Assembly: GCA_039715075.1 (NCBI GenBank)
Contig: JBDLIC010000005.1
Coordinates: 202-64,201, forward strand
Origin: Nitrospirota bacterium
Lineage (GTDB): Bacteria > Nitrospirota > Thermodesulfovibrionia > UBA6902
Direction of reading: 5' to 3'
Length of the DNA stretch: 64,000 nucleotides
In this document: one piece after another, positions 10,543-20,557 of the stretch
Layout of the letters: every line of letters starts with the position of its first letter
Numbering within the stretch: position 1 is the first letter of the stretch
Notes under the pieces: generated by a model
Database searches by the model: none
Seen by the model: only the letters and a program-made list of their open reading frames with translations
What the model was told of the DNA's origin: nothing
Position numbers and translations under genes: made by a program

Positions 10543-10610
10543 AATTCAATAAACAAATCCCAGGCAGCAAATAAATCAAAAATTACAAAAACTTAAGTTC
10601 AAAGCAGATT

Positions 10611-10663
10611 TCCCACTTTGGCAAAGTCGAAGATCCGATTCGGGGGGGGATTAAGGGGGATTT
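10611..10663. repeat. CCCnCTTT..AAAGGGGG..GGGGGATT palindromic repeat copy with a short internal insert
   Basis: related copies at 46228-46262 and 61193-61271. Confidence 0.6.
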
Positions 10664-10745
10664 TATAATTATAACGTTGGTAAACTTAATTATAAAAGTT
10701 CAGGAATTAATGACCAAATAGTGCTATAATTTCATTTCAATAAAT

Positions 10746-10823
10746 CGGGGCGTAGCGCAGTCTGGTTAGCGCACTCGCTTGGGGTGCGAGAGGTCGGCCG
10801 TTCAAATCGGCTCGCCCCGACCA
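10746..10823 (+). tRNA. tRNA-Pro(GGG)
   Basis: acceptor CGGGGCG/CGCCCCG, anticodon arm CTCGC-TTGGGGT-GCGAG, TTCAAAT T-loop, encoded CCA. Confidence 0.97.
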
Positions 10824-10957
10824 TTTGTTTCTTTTAAAAATGGGCAGTTAAAAATACAGACCGTTGTAAATACCCTTTTATGGGACTTTTATGGCGGTTT
10901 CATAAAACATCTATCAGAATTACCCGCGTTAACCCCCAAGTTGATTAGGGTACAAGT

Positions 10958-10992
10958 AAGGCAACGTGCATTAATTTGTGCGTTGCCTTTTT
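10958..10992 (+). terminator. probable intrinsic terminator downstream of tRNA-Pro
   Basis: AAGGCAACG/CGTTGCCTT stem followed by T run. Confidence 0.6.
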
Positions 10993-11033
10993 GTGTTTCC
11001 GGAGTGCTCCCATGAAAGAAATAGGCACATTAA

Positions 11034-12102
11034 TGTGTGGGGTCAAACCTACAATATACATTTTAGAATAAGTTTTTTTGAATTAATTTATCAAATTCAT
11101 TAAACTTATTCAGGGACATGGCACGGCAATTAAGGATAGAGTATGAGGGGGCTTTTTATCATATTACCTCACGGGGCAATCAGAAGGGTAAGGTATTCTG
11201 GGACAAGAAGGATAAAAAACAATTCATAGATATACTGAAAAGAACAAAAGATAGATACGGGTATCTGTTACACGCTTATGTGTTCATGGATAATCATTAT
11301 CATCTGCTTATAGAAACTCCACACGCAAATATTAAGCAAATCATGCAGAACATAAATACAAGTTACACGGTTTATGTAAATATAAGGCACAAAAGGCGTG
11401 GACATCTTTTTCAGGGACGATATAAATCATTTATAGTCGATAAAGAAAGTTATTTGCTGGAATTGGGACGGTATATACATTTAAATCCAGTAAGAGCTGG
11501 GATAGTACAAAAGGCAGATGATTACAGGTGGAGTAGCTATAAAGAATATATTAATGGAAAACGTAAGAACAGAATAACCAATACAGATGATACGCTTTAT
11601 TTATTTTCGGAGATACGATCAGAAGCTATCAATCGATATCGTGAATTTGTATTTGCTGGTATAAAAGAGGAGTCTCCATTAAGTGAAGCAAGTGGTAGTG
11701 TTCTGGGGAATGAATCATTTACTGAAAAGGCACTTAAATATCTCAAAGGCTATCATGATAAAAAAGAAATTCCCGACATAAAAAGAATTGAATCGAAATA
11801 TCAAATAGACGATGTAGTGAGAATCGTAGCTGAGTATTATGGGGTTAAGGAAGAGGACTTATTCACTAGAAAAAGAGCAACAGCAAAACAACGGAAGATG
11901 GCAATTTATCTTTGCAAGATATTGAGCGCCAGAAAGAATGGAGATATTGGAAGAGCTTTTGGAATAGGTATTCAAGCGGTAACAAATGTGATGAGGGAAA
12001 TTGAGCATCTGGAAGAACGCAAGAAAGAAATCGCCTCGGAAATTCTTTCAATTAAAAAAACGATATATAGTTAAATGTATAATGTAGGTTTGACCCCGCA
12101 CA
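11034..12102 (+). mobile_element. RAYT element bounded by about 30-bp terminal inverted repeats
   Basis: TGTGTGGGGTCAAACCTACAATATACATTT (11034-11063) vs reverse complement of 12073-12102, 28/30 identical. Confidence 0.8.
11118..12074 (+). CDS. REP-associated tyrosine transposase (Y1 HUH) with C-terminal DnaA-C-like HTH
   Basis: MARQLRIEYEGAFYHITSRGN, HUH NHYHLL, LFQGRYKS, YIHLNP, YRWSSY. Confidence 0.92.
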   Translation: MARQLRIEYEGAFYHITSRGNQKGKVFWDKKDKKQFIDILKRTKDRYGYLLHAYVFMDNHYHLLIETPHANIKQIMQNINTSYTVYVNIRHKRRGHLFQGRYKSFIVDKESYLLELGRYIHLNPVRAGIVQKADDYRWSSYKEYINGKRKNRITNTDDTLYLFSEIRSEAINRYREFVFAGIKEESPLSEASGSVLGNESFTEKALKYLKGYHDKKEIPDIKRIESKYQIDDVVRIVAEYYGVKEEDLFTRKRATAKQRKMAIYLCKILSARKNGDIGRAFGIGIQAVTNVMREIEHLEERKKEIASEILSIKKTIYS

Positions 12103-12264
12103 CGTAAGGGCCGGACATGGATAAATGTTTTTTGAGAAGAGGAAAGGAGAATGACGGATAGATAAATCACCGGGACTTTTGTGTCTCTTTTTGCCTATAA
12201 TCATACAAAAGCGAATATCGAATCTATTCGCTGCATTCAAAGAAATGCTCAAATATCCACCTAC

Positions 12265-12978
12265 ATGAACATCATTCTTTTTGACAAGGCAGATTATTAT
12301 CAGAATGAAAACTCTATCAGGTTGTCCGACTATAGATTCAATCATATTTCGAGCGTCCTGAAGTCAAAGAAGAACGACATATTAAAAACAGGCCTGATCA
12401 ACGGCAATATGGGGACAGGAAAAGTTCTGGAGATAACCGGCCGTTACATTGATCTTTCCATTACGCTTGATAAAAGGCCTCCTTCACCTCTTCCACTTAC
12501 AATATTACTGGCTATGCCGCGGCCGAAAATCTTAAAAAGGACTCTGAAGCACATTACCGTACTGGGAATAAAATCAATTTACCTGATCAACTCATTCAGA
12601 GTTGAGAAAAGCTACTGGCAGACTCCCGGTCTCAAACATGCAGCAGTAAGAAAAGTCTTTCTAAATGCCCTGGAACAGGCATGTGACACTGTCTTACCTG
12701 AACTGCATATAGAACCTTTATTCAAACCTTTTGTAGAGGACAGGCTGCCGGATATAATACAAAATACAGTTCCAGTTGTTGCCCATCCAAAGAACGGAAA
12801 GAGTAATATTCCTGCTTCCGGGAAGCATGTTACTCTCGCAATCGGTCCGGAAGGCGGGTTTATCCCTTATGAAATAAACAAACTGAAAGAATACGGATTC
12901 GAAGAATTTAAGATTGGAGAAAGAATACTACCTGTGGAAACCGCTGTACCAAGCCTCATTCCCCTGCTGATTCAATAA
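12265..12978 (+). CDS. rsmE: 16S rRNA m3U1498 methyltransferase RsmE family
   Basis: HISSVLK, EQA, IGPEGGF, GERILPVETA; ATG at 12265 preferred over ORF-track GTG at 12181. Confidence 0.88.
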   Translation: MNIILFDKADYYQNENSIRLSDYRFNHISSVLKSKKNDILKTGLINGNMGTGKVLEITGRYIDLSITLDKRPPSPLPLTILLAMPRPKILKRTLKHITVLGIKSIYLINSFRVEKSYWQTPGLKHAAVRKVFLNALEQACDTVLPELHIEPLFKPFVEDRLPDIIQNTVPVVAHPKNGKSNIPASGKHVTLAIGPEGGFIPYEINKLKEYGFEEFKIGERILPVETAVPSLIPLLIQ

Positions 12979-13046
12979 CTAACAAAGACCCCTTCAATCC
13001 AACTCTGCACAAATTTAGAAGCATAATGAAAGCAGTGACATATTCA

Positions 13047-13208
13047 TTATTTAAAAATACAATGCTTTGCATAATCTTTTACTTCATTTGCAGTCCATTC
13101 ACCTTTAGGCTTTTCATCGAGTTTCTTACACCACTTCTCACTACCAACTTCCGGAGAGCATGCACTTAAAAGCCAGCAAGCTGCAATTAGTACCAATATT
13201 TTTTTCAC
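13047..13208 (-). CDS. DUF3012-like small lipoprotein (absent from ORF track, 53 aa)
   Basis: manual translation MKKILVLIAACWLLSACSPEVGSEKWCKKLDEKPKGEWTANEVKDYAKHCIFK; lipobox LSAC; AAGGGG RBS; GTG start. Confidence 0.85.
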   Translation of the reverse strand: MKKILVLIAACWLLSACSPEVGSEKWCKKLDEKPKGEWTANEVKDYAKHCIFK

Positions 13209-13349
13209 AGTATGCCCCTTTCATGATATCTTTTATATATAACATTTAGTAGACGAAACATCTTTTTGCTGGAAAGACTCATTCTGGAAAAGTATATCTG
13301 ATTCAATATTTTATGAGCAAGAGGTTTTTTTATGCCTTCAACCGTTCCT

Positions 13350-13379
13350 TCGTCAATCGTCAATCGCTATTCGTCAATC
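13350..13379. repeat. heptamer tandem repeat (TCGTCAA)
   Basis: TCGTCAA TCGTCAA TCGCTAT TCGTCAA just past the 3' end of the HMT gene. Confidence 0.65.
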
Positions 13380-13393
13380 TCTTTTTATCCTTA

Positions 13394-14359
13394 TTAAGTA
13401 GCTGAAACGGTTTTAGACCGCACCGCACATGACTTGCTGATCTCTTCAATGTGACGATGGTCCGTTCCACAGCATCCGCCAAGCACGTTTAAATGATCAT
13501 GTTTCACTTTTAGCTCCCTGAACTGACGGCCAAGCTCTGCGGGGTTGCCGTCATCAAGATGTTCGGCCTCATCAAGCTCCGCATGACTCTTGGTCGAAGC
13601 ATTCGCCCTTATCCCATGAATTCTCTTTACCCATGACTCTCCGGAAGATAACGCATCCTCAAAATGAGCAGGATGTGCACAGTTGATCATATAATATACC
13701 GGGGCATTATCTGTGGCAGCATCCACCTGTTCAATGGCCTCCTTAAGTGTCTGACCTGACGGCAGCTTCCCGTCTGTCTCAACTGTAAAGGAGATGACCA
13801 CCGGTATGCCTGCTGACCTGGCTGCTCGTGCAAGACCGATCGCTTCTTCTGCATAACTTATGGTAAAAGCAGATACAAGGTCAGCATTCGTGTCGCTGAA
13901 AGTCTTAATCTGCACAGCATGATATCGCTCGGCTTCCTGCTCGTTCATTTTATCATCGGGCTTGTAGCCGTCCCCCCGCGGCCCGATGCAGCCGCTGATC
14001 ACTATCCTGGCTTTTTCGGTTTCATATTCTTTTCTGATATCCTGCAGAAGATCAATGGCCCTGCGGTTCATTCTTGCGAGATCTCTACCTGAATAGCCAA
14101 GTTTTTTGCCCCATTCCGGGTTGGCGCGCCATGTAGGGCTCTCAAGAACAATCCCCACATTGTTTTCCCTGGCAATTGAGGCATAGTCGGAAAAGTATTT
14201 ATAAAGGTGTTTGCGGCCGGCATTATTTTTCAAAAGATCAAAGGCTGCAAAGTCCGGCAGCTCAACACCGTTGTGAAAAATCAGAGTGGTTTCGAGTCCG
14301 CCGTCAGTGAGGAATACATCACCATTTTGCTGCGGTAAGTTCTTTCTGTACTTTGACAT
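13394..14359 (-). CDS. homocysteine S-methyltransferase family protein
   Basis: LTDGGLET, IGPRGDGY, INCAHP, GGCCGT zinc ligands. Confidence 0.92.
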   Translation of the reverse strand: MSKYRKNLPQQNGDVFLTDGGLETTLIFHNGVELPDFAAFDLLKNNAGRKHLYKYFSDYASIARENNVGIVLESPTWRANPEWGKKLGYSGRDLARMNRRAIDLLQDIRKEYETEKARIVISGCIGPRGDGYKPDDKMNEQEAERYHAVQIKTFSDTNADLVSAFTISYAEEAIGLARAARSAGIPVVISFTVETDGKLPSGQTLKEAIEQVDAATDNAPVYYMINCAHPAHFEDALSSGESWVKRIHGIRANASTKSHAELDEAEHLDDGNPAELGRQFRELKVKHDHLNVLGGCCGTDHRHIEEISKSCAVRSKTVSAT

Positions 14360-14716
14360 CATGACCTCCTTGTTCGGCAGTTAACAGATAAACTTATAGA
14401 TAAAGTTACCATCTTATCAGGCAGATGCATATCCCGTATTACAGGTATATGGCACCGGGCAAATCTTTAAATTGACCGGGGTGTATCTTTATCAAAAAAT
14501 TGCAGAAGAACAGCAGGTACGGATCAGCCCCGGAGATGGGACATATATATTTTGAGATACTCCTCAGAAAAACGGGTTTAAAGGTCCCTGTTAAAGTCAG
14601 AAGGATAATAGCGAAAGGCCATGCGTGCCGCGGCATGGGAATTGAGCTGGTAGAAAAGTCGTCAAACTATATAAAACTTGTAGATAATTTCCGCTCTTAA
14701 TCTTTATCTCACTAAT

Positions 14717-15913
14717 TTATTGCATTTCCTGTTCCAATCTCAATTCATAGCCTTCTTCCGCGAGCATGGAAATGATTTCATCCAGATGTTTCTTGCCTCT
14801 TGTCTCAACTGTGAAAACAAGTTTTGCCTGTCCTATTGGAAGGCCTTCTGCAAACCTGTCATGGACAACATTTAGGATATTGCCCCTGTTTGATGCTATT
14901 AATCCTGTGATAGCATGAAGACTGCCGGGTATATCTTTGACAATGACATCAAAGGTCCCGATCCTTCCGCTTGATACAAGTCCTTTATTAATTATCTTGT
15001 CAATAAGCGTAAAATCTATATTGCCGCCGCTCACAACCAGAACAACACGTTTTCCCCTGAACCTGTCCTTATTCTCCTTTAAGGCCGCAAGCGGGACGGC
15101 ACCTGCGCCTTCGACAACAAGCTTGTTCCGTTCGAGAAAAAGCAGTATTGCCCTTGCAATAGCATCCTCACTAACCATGACTATATCGTCTACATATGTA
15201 TTGATGAGTTCCATCGTCCTGCTGCCGACCTGGCCTATTGCTATGCCGTCTGCAAGAGTAGACATCGGAGACCTCCGGGTTATCTTCTTTTCCCTGAAAG
15301 AGAAATAAGCGGATGCCGCGGATTCGGTCTGAACGCCGATAACTTCCGTTTCGGGTGAGAGTGATTTGACTGCCGTTGAAATTCCGGCAATAAGTCCGCC
15401 CCCGCCAACCGGAACAATAACGCAATCTATATCCTCAGCATCCTCCATAATTTCGAGACCGGCTGTTCCCTGGCCTGCAATAATTGCTTCATCATCATAT
15501 GCATGAATAAAGGTATAATCCTTTTGAGATACGGCAAAGTCGAGCGCTTCCTGAAAACTCTGTCCGTGAATCAGGACTTCCGCACCATACCCTTTTGTTG
15601 CCTCCTGTTTTACGATAGGGGCATTTAGCGGCATAACAATCTTCGCAGATTTACCAAGAATTCCGGCAGCAAATGCGACCCCCTGCGCATGGTTTCCCAT
15701 GGAAGCTGCAATTACTTTATCCCCGCTTATATTCATTATCTTATTGAAGGCGCCCCTTACCTTGAATGACCCTGTCTTCTGGAGGTTCTCCGTCTTTATG
15801 TACACATCTGCGCCTGTTAAGCGGGAAAATGAATTTGAATGCATTAAAGGAGTCTGATGAATATAGGGTTTGATTTTTTCGTGGGCATTTCTGATATCTT
15901 CAATGTGTATCAT
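14717..15913 (-). CDS. ilvA: threonine ammonia-lyase with C-terminal ACT domain
   Basis: ENLQKTGSFKVRGA (PLP Lys), SMGNHAQG, PVGGGGL, SGGNID, ACT tail. Confidence 0.92.
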   Translation of the reverse strand: MIHIEDIRNAHEKIKPYIHQTPLMHSNSFSRLTGADVYIKTENLQKTGSFKVRGAFNKIMNISGDKVIAASMGNHAQGVAFAAGILGKSAKIVMPLNAPIVKQEATKGYGAEVLIHGQSFQEALDFAVSQKDYTFIHAYDDEAIIAGQGTAGLEIMEDAEDIDCVIVPVGGGGLIAGISTAVKSLSPETEVIGVQTESAASAYFSFREKKITRRSPMSTLADGIAIGQVGSRTMELINTYVDDIVMVSEDAIARAILLFLERNKLVVEGAGAVPLAALKENKDRFRGKRVVLVVSGGNIDFTLIDKIINKGLVSSGRIGTFDVIVKDIPGSLHAITGLIASNRGNILNVVHDRFAEGLPIGQAKLVFTVETRGKKHLDEIISMLAEEGYELRLEQEMQ

Positions 15914-16154
15914 TGAACAAGTCCTCCTTTAGCCATTCACTTCACGCCATATCTGTGGCTTAAATGTTAATTTACAATGATAGCAGTTCTATTTCAATAA
16001 AAATTTCCGGTGAGAAATCAGAGAGAGGGGTATTCTCTATATTTGCCGCTGGTATAATATTCTGCATTAAGGTATCATGTCATTACCCCGGGCGCTGTTA
16101 AAGTCCGTCATACCGATGAAGGTTACTGGACGTCATGAAATGTAGGCTGAAATT

Positions 16155-17783
16155 ATGACGAGTACTAAAAGCAGATTCAGGTCAAGCACTGGTGTACTCA
16201 TTGCCTCCCTCACAATCTATGCAGTGTTAATAATTTCCTGCTGCCACTACCAGAGGCTGACAGGTGATGCCACACTGTATCTGAGCATTGCAGAGAAATA
16301 CCTCCGGGGTGACTTTGCAAATGCGATCAACGGCTACTGGGGACCTCTGCTTTCCTGGCTGCTTGTTCCGTTTCTGTACGTGGGCGCTACTCATGTGTAT
16401 GCAATTAACACAATGCATCTGTTTTTAGGACTGTTCACGATAACGGGCATCTGGAGGCTGTCTTACAAGTTTGAGATGAGTGAGACAATTAGATGCATCA
16501 TACTGGCTGCTCTTGTGCCGGTCCTTCTGTTCGTATCACTGATAGAACCTATGGATTTCCTGCTCCTGTGCGTGCTTGTTTACTATTTTAATGTTGTATT
16601 CAGCAGGGACTATCCGAAAAAGGTGTTCCATGCAGTGACGTGTGGGATACTTGGCGGGCTGGCATATTATTCAAAGCCTTACGGGTTCCCGTTTTTTATT
16701 TCCCATTTTATGCTTATCAATGTATGCCACTATTTTGCGCAGAGCTCTGCAGGCCACAGGAAGAATGTGATTCGCAATGCTGCGGCAGGTTTTGTTGTGT
16801 TTGTGCTGATCAGCGGTGTCTGGATTGCATTAATCAGCAATAAGTACGACCACCTGACTTTTTCAAATCAGGGCAGGGGCGTATTTGCTTCTCTCGGACC
16901 CGGGTCAGAACATAATACACTGGAAAAGGGTGACCCTATTTTTTTTGAGGGGTTTTTTGCCCCACCTAATGATACGGCGTTTGTTATATACGAGGACCCG
17001 ACTTATGCAAGGAAAAAGACCTGGAATCCTCTTGAGTCCCGGAGTCTGCTGAAGCACTACCTCGGGAATTTATTGCAGAATATCTTTGAGGGGATCAGGA
17101 TATACGAATCTTTTTCCAGGCTTTCAGTTGCAATTATTATTGCATATATACTGCTGATATTCTTTCAGCCCGTCCGCACCCTTTTTGACAGACCCGACCT
17201 TTTATACCCGCTCCTGACAGTTGCTTTGTATACCGGCGGATACATGCCCTTTCACTTTGAGATAAGATATTTGTGGCCTGTTAATATCCTCCTCCTATTG
17301 ATGGGCGGCAGGGTGCTTAATGAATTATTTAAGAGCGTTTTTTTCAGGAGCGATCTTATGAAAAATATATTGATGACCATATTTCTGCTCTCATTTATTG
17401 CAACACCATTGAAGACATCCATTGATATGAGCAGAAACAACCTGAACAGGAGCATGCACGATCTTGGTGAAGAACTGGACCGACGCTATGATTTGGATGG
17501 CAATATTGCTTCAAATGTGCAAAAGGAACAGCACACAGTGTATGACTCATGGCACAGGACATTCCGACTTTCATACTGGTTAAAGGGCCGGTACTTTGGT
17601 CAGCCCCGGGAGAATATCAGCGACAGGGAACTGGAACGTGAATTTGAAAAGTATAATATTGACTATTATTTTTTCTGGGGTGACTCAACAGATACTCCGG
17701 AAGTATTGTCCCGGTATAAAGAGATAACAAACAGGGATATACCGGGCCTCTTCATTTACTCTATAAAAGAGAGAAAAAAGTAG
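16155..17783 (+). CDS. polytopic membrane protein, probable GT-C-fold (ArnT/PMT-like) glycosyltransferase
   Basis: about 11-12 TM segments; D-x3-Y in first loop (GDATLYLSIA); YWGPL; RY motif. Confidence 0.6.
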   Translation: MTSTKSRFRSSTGVLIASLTIYAVLIISCCHYQRLTGDATLYLSIAEKYLRGDFANAINGYWGPLLSWLLVPFLYVGATHVYAINTMHLFLGLFTITGIWRLSYKFEMSETIRCIILAALVPVLLFVSLIEPMDFLLLCVLVYYFNVVFSRDYPKKVFHAVTCGILGGLAYYSKPYGFPFFISHFMLINVCHYFAQSSAGHRKNVIRNAAAGFVVFVLISGVWIALISNKYDHLTFSNQGRGVFASLGPGSEHNTLEKGDPIFFEGFFAPPNDTAFVIYEDPTYARKKTWNPLESRSLLKHYLGNLLQNIFEGIRIYESFSRLSVAIIIAYILLIFFQPVRTLFDRPDLLYPLLTVALYTGGYMPFHFEIRYLWPVNILLLLMGGRVLNELFKSVFFRSDLMKNILMTIFLLSFIATPLKTSIDMSRNNLNRSMHDLGEELDRRYDLDGNIASNVQKEQHTVYDSWHRTFRLSYWLKGRYFGQPRENISDRELEREFEKYNIDYYFFWGDSTDTPEVLSRYKEITNRDIPGLFIYSIKERKK

Positions 17784-17798
17784 ACACTTTGAAAAAAA

Positions 17799-18356
17799 TC
17801 AATCACAAACCTGCTGAATAAGCATTGCCTCTTTAATCTGTTTTGCCTTCTCTTTTCCCGCAAATTTTTCAACAATGGCCAGCCCGAAACATAATGCTGT
17901 TCCCGGTCCCCTGCTGGTCAGTATGTTGCCGTCCTCTACAACGGTTTTTTCCTCATAGACTGCTGAACCGAGTTTGTCCCTGAAGGATGGATAGGATGTT
18001 GCGCGTTTGCCGTCCAGAATGCCGGCATTGGCAAGGACATACGGTGCGGCACATATCGCTCCTGTTATTTTTCCTTTAGTGTTGAAATCCTTTATGAGGT
18101 TTATTACCCTTTCATCAGCATTCAGATTATCAGAACCGGGAATGCCTCCAGGCAGGACAAGCATATCAAAATCATCCGATGAAATCGTATCAATTACCGT
18201 ATCGGGTATAACGTTAACATTACGGGCACTCGATACAGGCCCTTCATTAAGACCCGCTGACACAATCTCTATCTCCGCCCTTCGCAGCACATCAATAATG
18301 GCCACTGCTTCAAGCTCTTCGAAACCATCGGCCAGTAAGATTACAACTTTTGCCAT
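17799..18356 (-). CDS. DJ-1/PfpI (ThiJ/YajL) family protein
   Basis: GFEELE, LPGG, AICAAP nucleophile Cys, TSRGPGT. Confidence 0.93.
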   Translation of the reverse strand: MAKVVILLADGFEELEAVAIIDVLRRAEIEIVSAGLNEGPVSSARNVNVIPDTVIDTISSDDFDMLVLPGGIPGSDNLNADERVINLIKDFNTKGKITGAICAAPYVLANAGILDGKRATSYPSFRDKLGSAVYEEKTVVEDGNILTSRGPGTALCFGLAIVEKFAGKEKAKQIKEAMLIQQVCD

Positions 18357-18399
18357 AGTGGACCTCCCTGATTATCTAATTTCGGATATTATACAATAA

Positions 18400-18428
18400 C
18401 GCAGGGGCATGACGCGCCATGCCCTTAC
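18400..18428. repeat. REP-like palindrome
   Basis: GGGCATGACGCGCCATGCCC hairpin with GTAA foot on the minus strand. Confidence 0.5.
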
Positions 18429-18916
18429 CCGGTTTGCAATAGTCGCACAAATACGGCAACCCTGTCTGCCGTCAGGGAGGCACGGAAGGATTGCTCCGGT
18501 GATAACAAATTGATATTTTCAGGACGCCTGTATATTGATAATATGTAATAATCCATATCCAGGTTCGACATGTGTTGAAAGTTATTGAAAAAACAAAGTA
18601 ATCAGGGCTAAATCTGGATCCTGGAGAAAAAGATCGTGAAAACAATAATGATATTAAGATGCTGCCTCATAATCTCAGGAATGATGCTGTTTGCCGCAGG
18701 CTGTAAAAAGGCTGAAACACCTGGAAAATTAAGGAAAAAAACATCTGCAGCATCTCCGGAGAAACCGGCTTTAACCCGGATGAAACAGCACCGGTACCAG
18801 AGGGCACGCCCAAGTACTAATTATATCCCGTGCCCCGGTGCCTCTTGTTTTTTTATCATAAAAATGGTATTCTTTTTCTAGTTTTTTAGAATTAATCATA
18901 CCTTGGCCGTTTATTG

Positions 18917-18947
18917 AAGAGTGGGTTTACCCACTCTTTTGTTTTTT
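18917..18947 (+). promoter_or_regulatory. rimP leader hairpin / attenuator
   Basis: AAGAGTGGGT-TT-ACCCACTCTT followed by T run immediately upstream of rimP ATG; matches the GAGTGGG/CCCACTC leader typical of rimP. Confidence 0.75.
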
Positions 18948-18949
18948 AT

Positions 18950-19420
18950 ATGAAAAAGACTATTAATGAGTTACAAAATGACATTAGTAAAATAATAGAG
19001 CCGGTGATAAATGCCCTCGGTATTGAGCTGGATTATCTTGAATTCAGCATGATGAAGGGGAAGGCTCTTTTAAGGGTCTTTATTGACAGGGAGAACGGAG
19101 TTAATATTGATGATTGTACACAGGTAAGCCGTGAGATTGAGGCTGTCCTTGATGTTGAGGACCCGATTCCATATTCTTACGTTCTGGAAGTGTCATCACC
19201 CGGACTTGACAGGCCGTTAAAGAGCATAAAGGACTTTAAGAGGTACTCAGGCAATATGGTCAGGGTTATTACAAATGATCCCGTGGAAGGGGAGACTTTT
19301 TTTGTCGGTAAACTTGTCGAAGCAGGAGATGATGAGCTGGCTCTTCTCTTGCCTAAGGACATGAGGATTAATATACGTTATGACAATATCTCGAGGGCAA
19401 GACTGGAGGTGGAAGTATAA
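18950..19420 (+). CDS. rimP: ribosome maturation factor RimP
   Basis: LRVFID, IDDC, YVLEVSSPGLDRPL; start placed after the leader hairpin. Confidence 0.95.
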   Translation: MKKTINELQNDISKIIEPVINALGIELDYLEFSMMKGKALLRVFIDRENGVNIDDCTQVSREIEAVLDVEDPIPYSYVLEVSSPGLDRPLKSIKDFKRYSGNMVRVITNDPVEGETFFVGKLVEAGDDELALLLPKDMRINIRYDNISRARLEVEV

Positions 19421-20557
19421 ATGAATCGTGAACTTATTCATATTATTGAACAAATGAGTAAAGAGAGAGGGATACCCAAGGAATCCATTATCGGGACCCT
19501 TGAATCAGCCCTTTTATCTGCAGTGAGAAAAAAATATGGCCTTCAGGTTGAGATAAATATTGCGATTGACCATGAGTCCGGTGAAATTAAGATGAATGCA
19601 TTGAAAATGGTTGTTGCAAAGGTCGAAAACTCCAATGAGGAGATATCGCTGAAGGATGCGAAAAAAATTGATTCTTCCAAAAAAGTTGACGATACGGTCG
19701 AGTCTCCCATATCCCTTGAGAACTTCGGCAGGATTGCGGCCCAGACTGCAAAACAGGTCCTGTTTCAGCGGGTAAGAGAGGCTGAGAAAGAGGCTATTTT
19801 TGAGGAGTATAAAGACAGGGCCGGAGAGATTGTAAGCGGTGTGGTAATCAGGAAGGAAAAGGGTAGCTATTTTGTTGCTCTGGGAAGGGCTGAAGCTGTT
19901 CTGCCGATAAAATCTACTCTGCCTACAGAGAACCTGAAAAGAGGAGAGACGGTCAGGACGTATATCGAAGAAGTTAAGGTGACAGCAAAGGGTCCGGTAA
20001 TCCTTCTTTCAAGGTCACACCCGAACTTTGTTGCCGAGCTTTTCAAGATGGAGATACCTGAAATTTATGAAGGCCTTGTTACCATAAAGGAGATCGTGAG
20101 GGAGGCTGGTGAGAGGACAAAACTCACAGTATCCTCAGCGAACCAGATGGTTGACCCCGTGGGCGCATGTGTGGGCATGAAAGGTACACGTGTACAGTCC
20201 ATAGTAAGGGAGTTAAGGGGTGAAAGGATAGATATCATACCCTGGATAGATGACCCGCGTGTGCTGATAGCCAAGGCATTGAGTCCTGCGGTTGTTGAGA
20301 GTATCGGGATTAATGAAGAAGAAAAATCCGCGATGGTGGTCGTGAGTGATCAGCAGCTTTCTATTGCAATCGGGAAAAAGGGACAGAACGTGCGACTGGC
20401 GATGAAGCTTACGGGCTGGGACATCGATATAATAAGTGATACAGAGTATAACAAGATGAGAAGGGGAGAGATCGAAACGCAGCTCAGTGATGAGCTCCAG
20501 AGTGAAGCTCAAACGGACGAAGAGGACCAACACTCTGAGGATGAACAGGAGGACTAA
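19421..20557 (+). CDS. nusA: transcription termination/antitermination factor NusA
   Basis: FGRIAAQTAKQV, S1 and KH domains, DPVGACVG, AIGKKGQNVRLA. Confidence 0.97.
   Translation: MNRELIHIIEQMSKERGIPKESIIGTLESALLSAVRKKYGLQVEINIAIDHESGEIKMNALKMVVAKVENSNEEISLKDAKKIDSSKKVDDTVESPISLENFGRIAAQTAKQVLFQRVREAEKEAIFEEYKDRAGEIVSGVVIRKEKGSYFVALGRAEAVLPIKSTLPTENLKRGETVRTYIEEVKVTAKGPVILLSRSHPNFVAELFKMEIPEIYEGLVTIKEIVREAGERTKLTVSSANQMVDPVGACVGMKGTRVQSIVRELRGERIDIIPWIDDPRVLIAKALSPAVVESIGINEEEKSAMVVVSDQQLSIAIGKKGQNVRLAMKLTGWDIDIISDTEYNKMRRGEIETQLSDELQSEAQTDEEDQHSEDEQED

Noticed and set aside
10779-11015. 78-aa ORF from the track
   Set aside because: Starts inside tRNA-Pro and crosses a terminator hairpin
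14500-14700. PilZ-like fragment
   Set aside because: Only a GMGIEL-type tail resembles PilZ; no RxxxR motif or credible start; possibly a remnant but not supportable
18636-18881. Short lipoprotein-like ORF (AAGC)
   Set aside because: Plausible N-terminus but the remainder is low-complexity and unrecognisable; left uncalled
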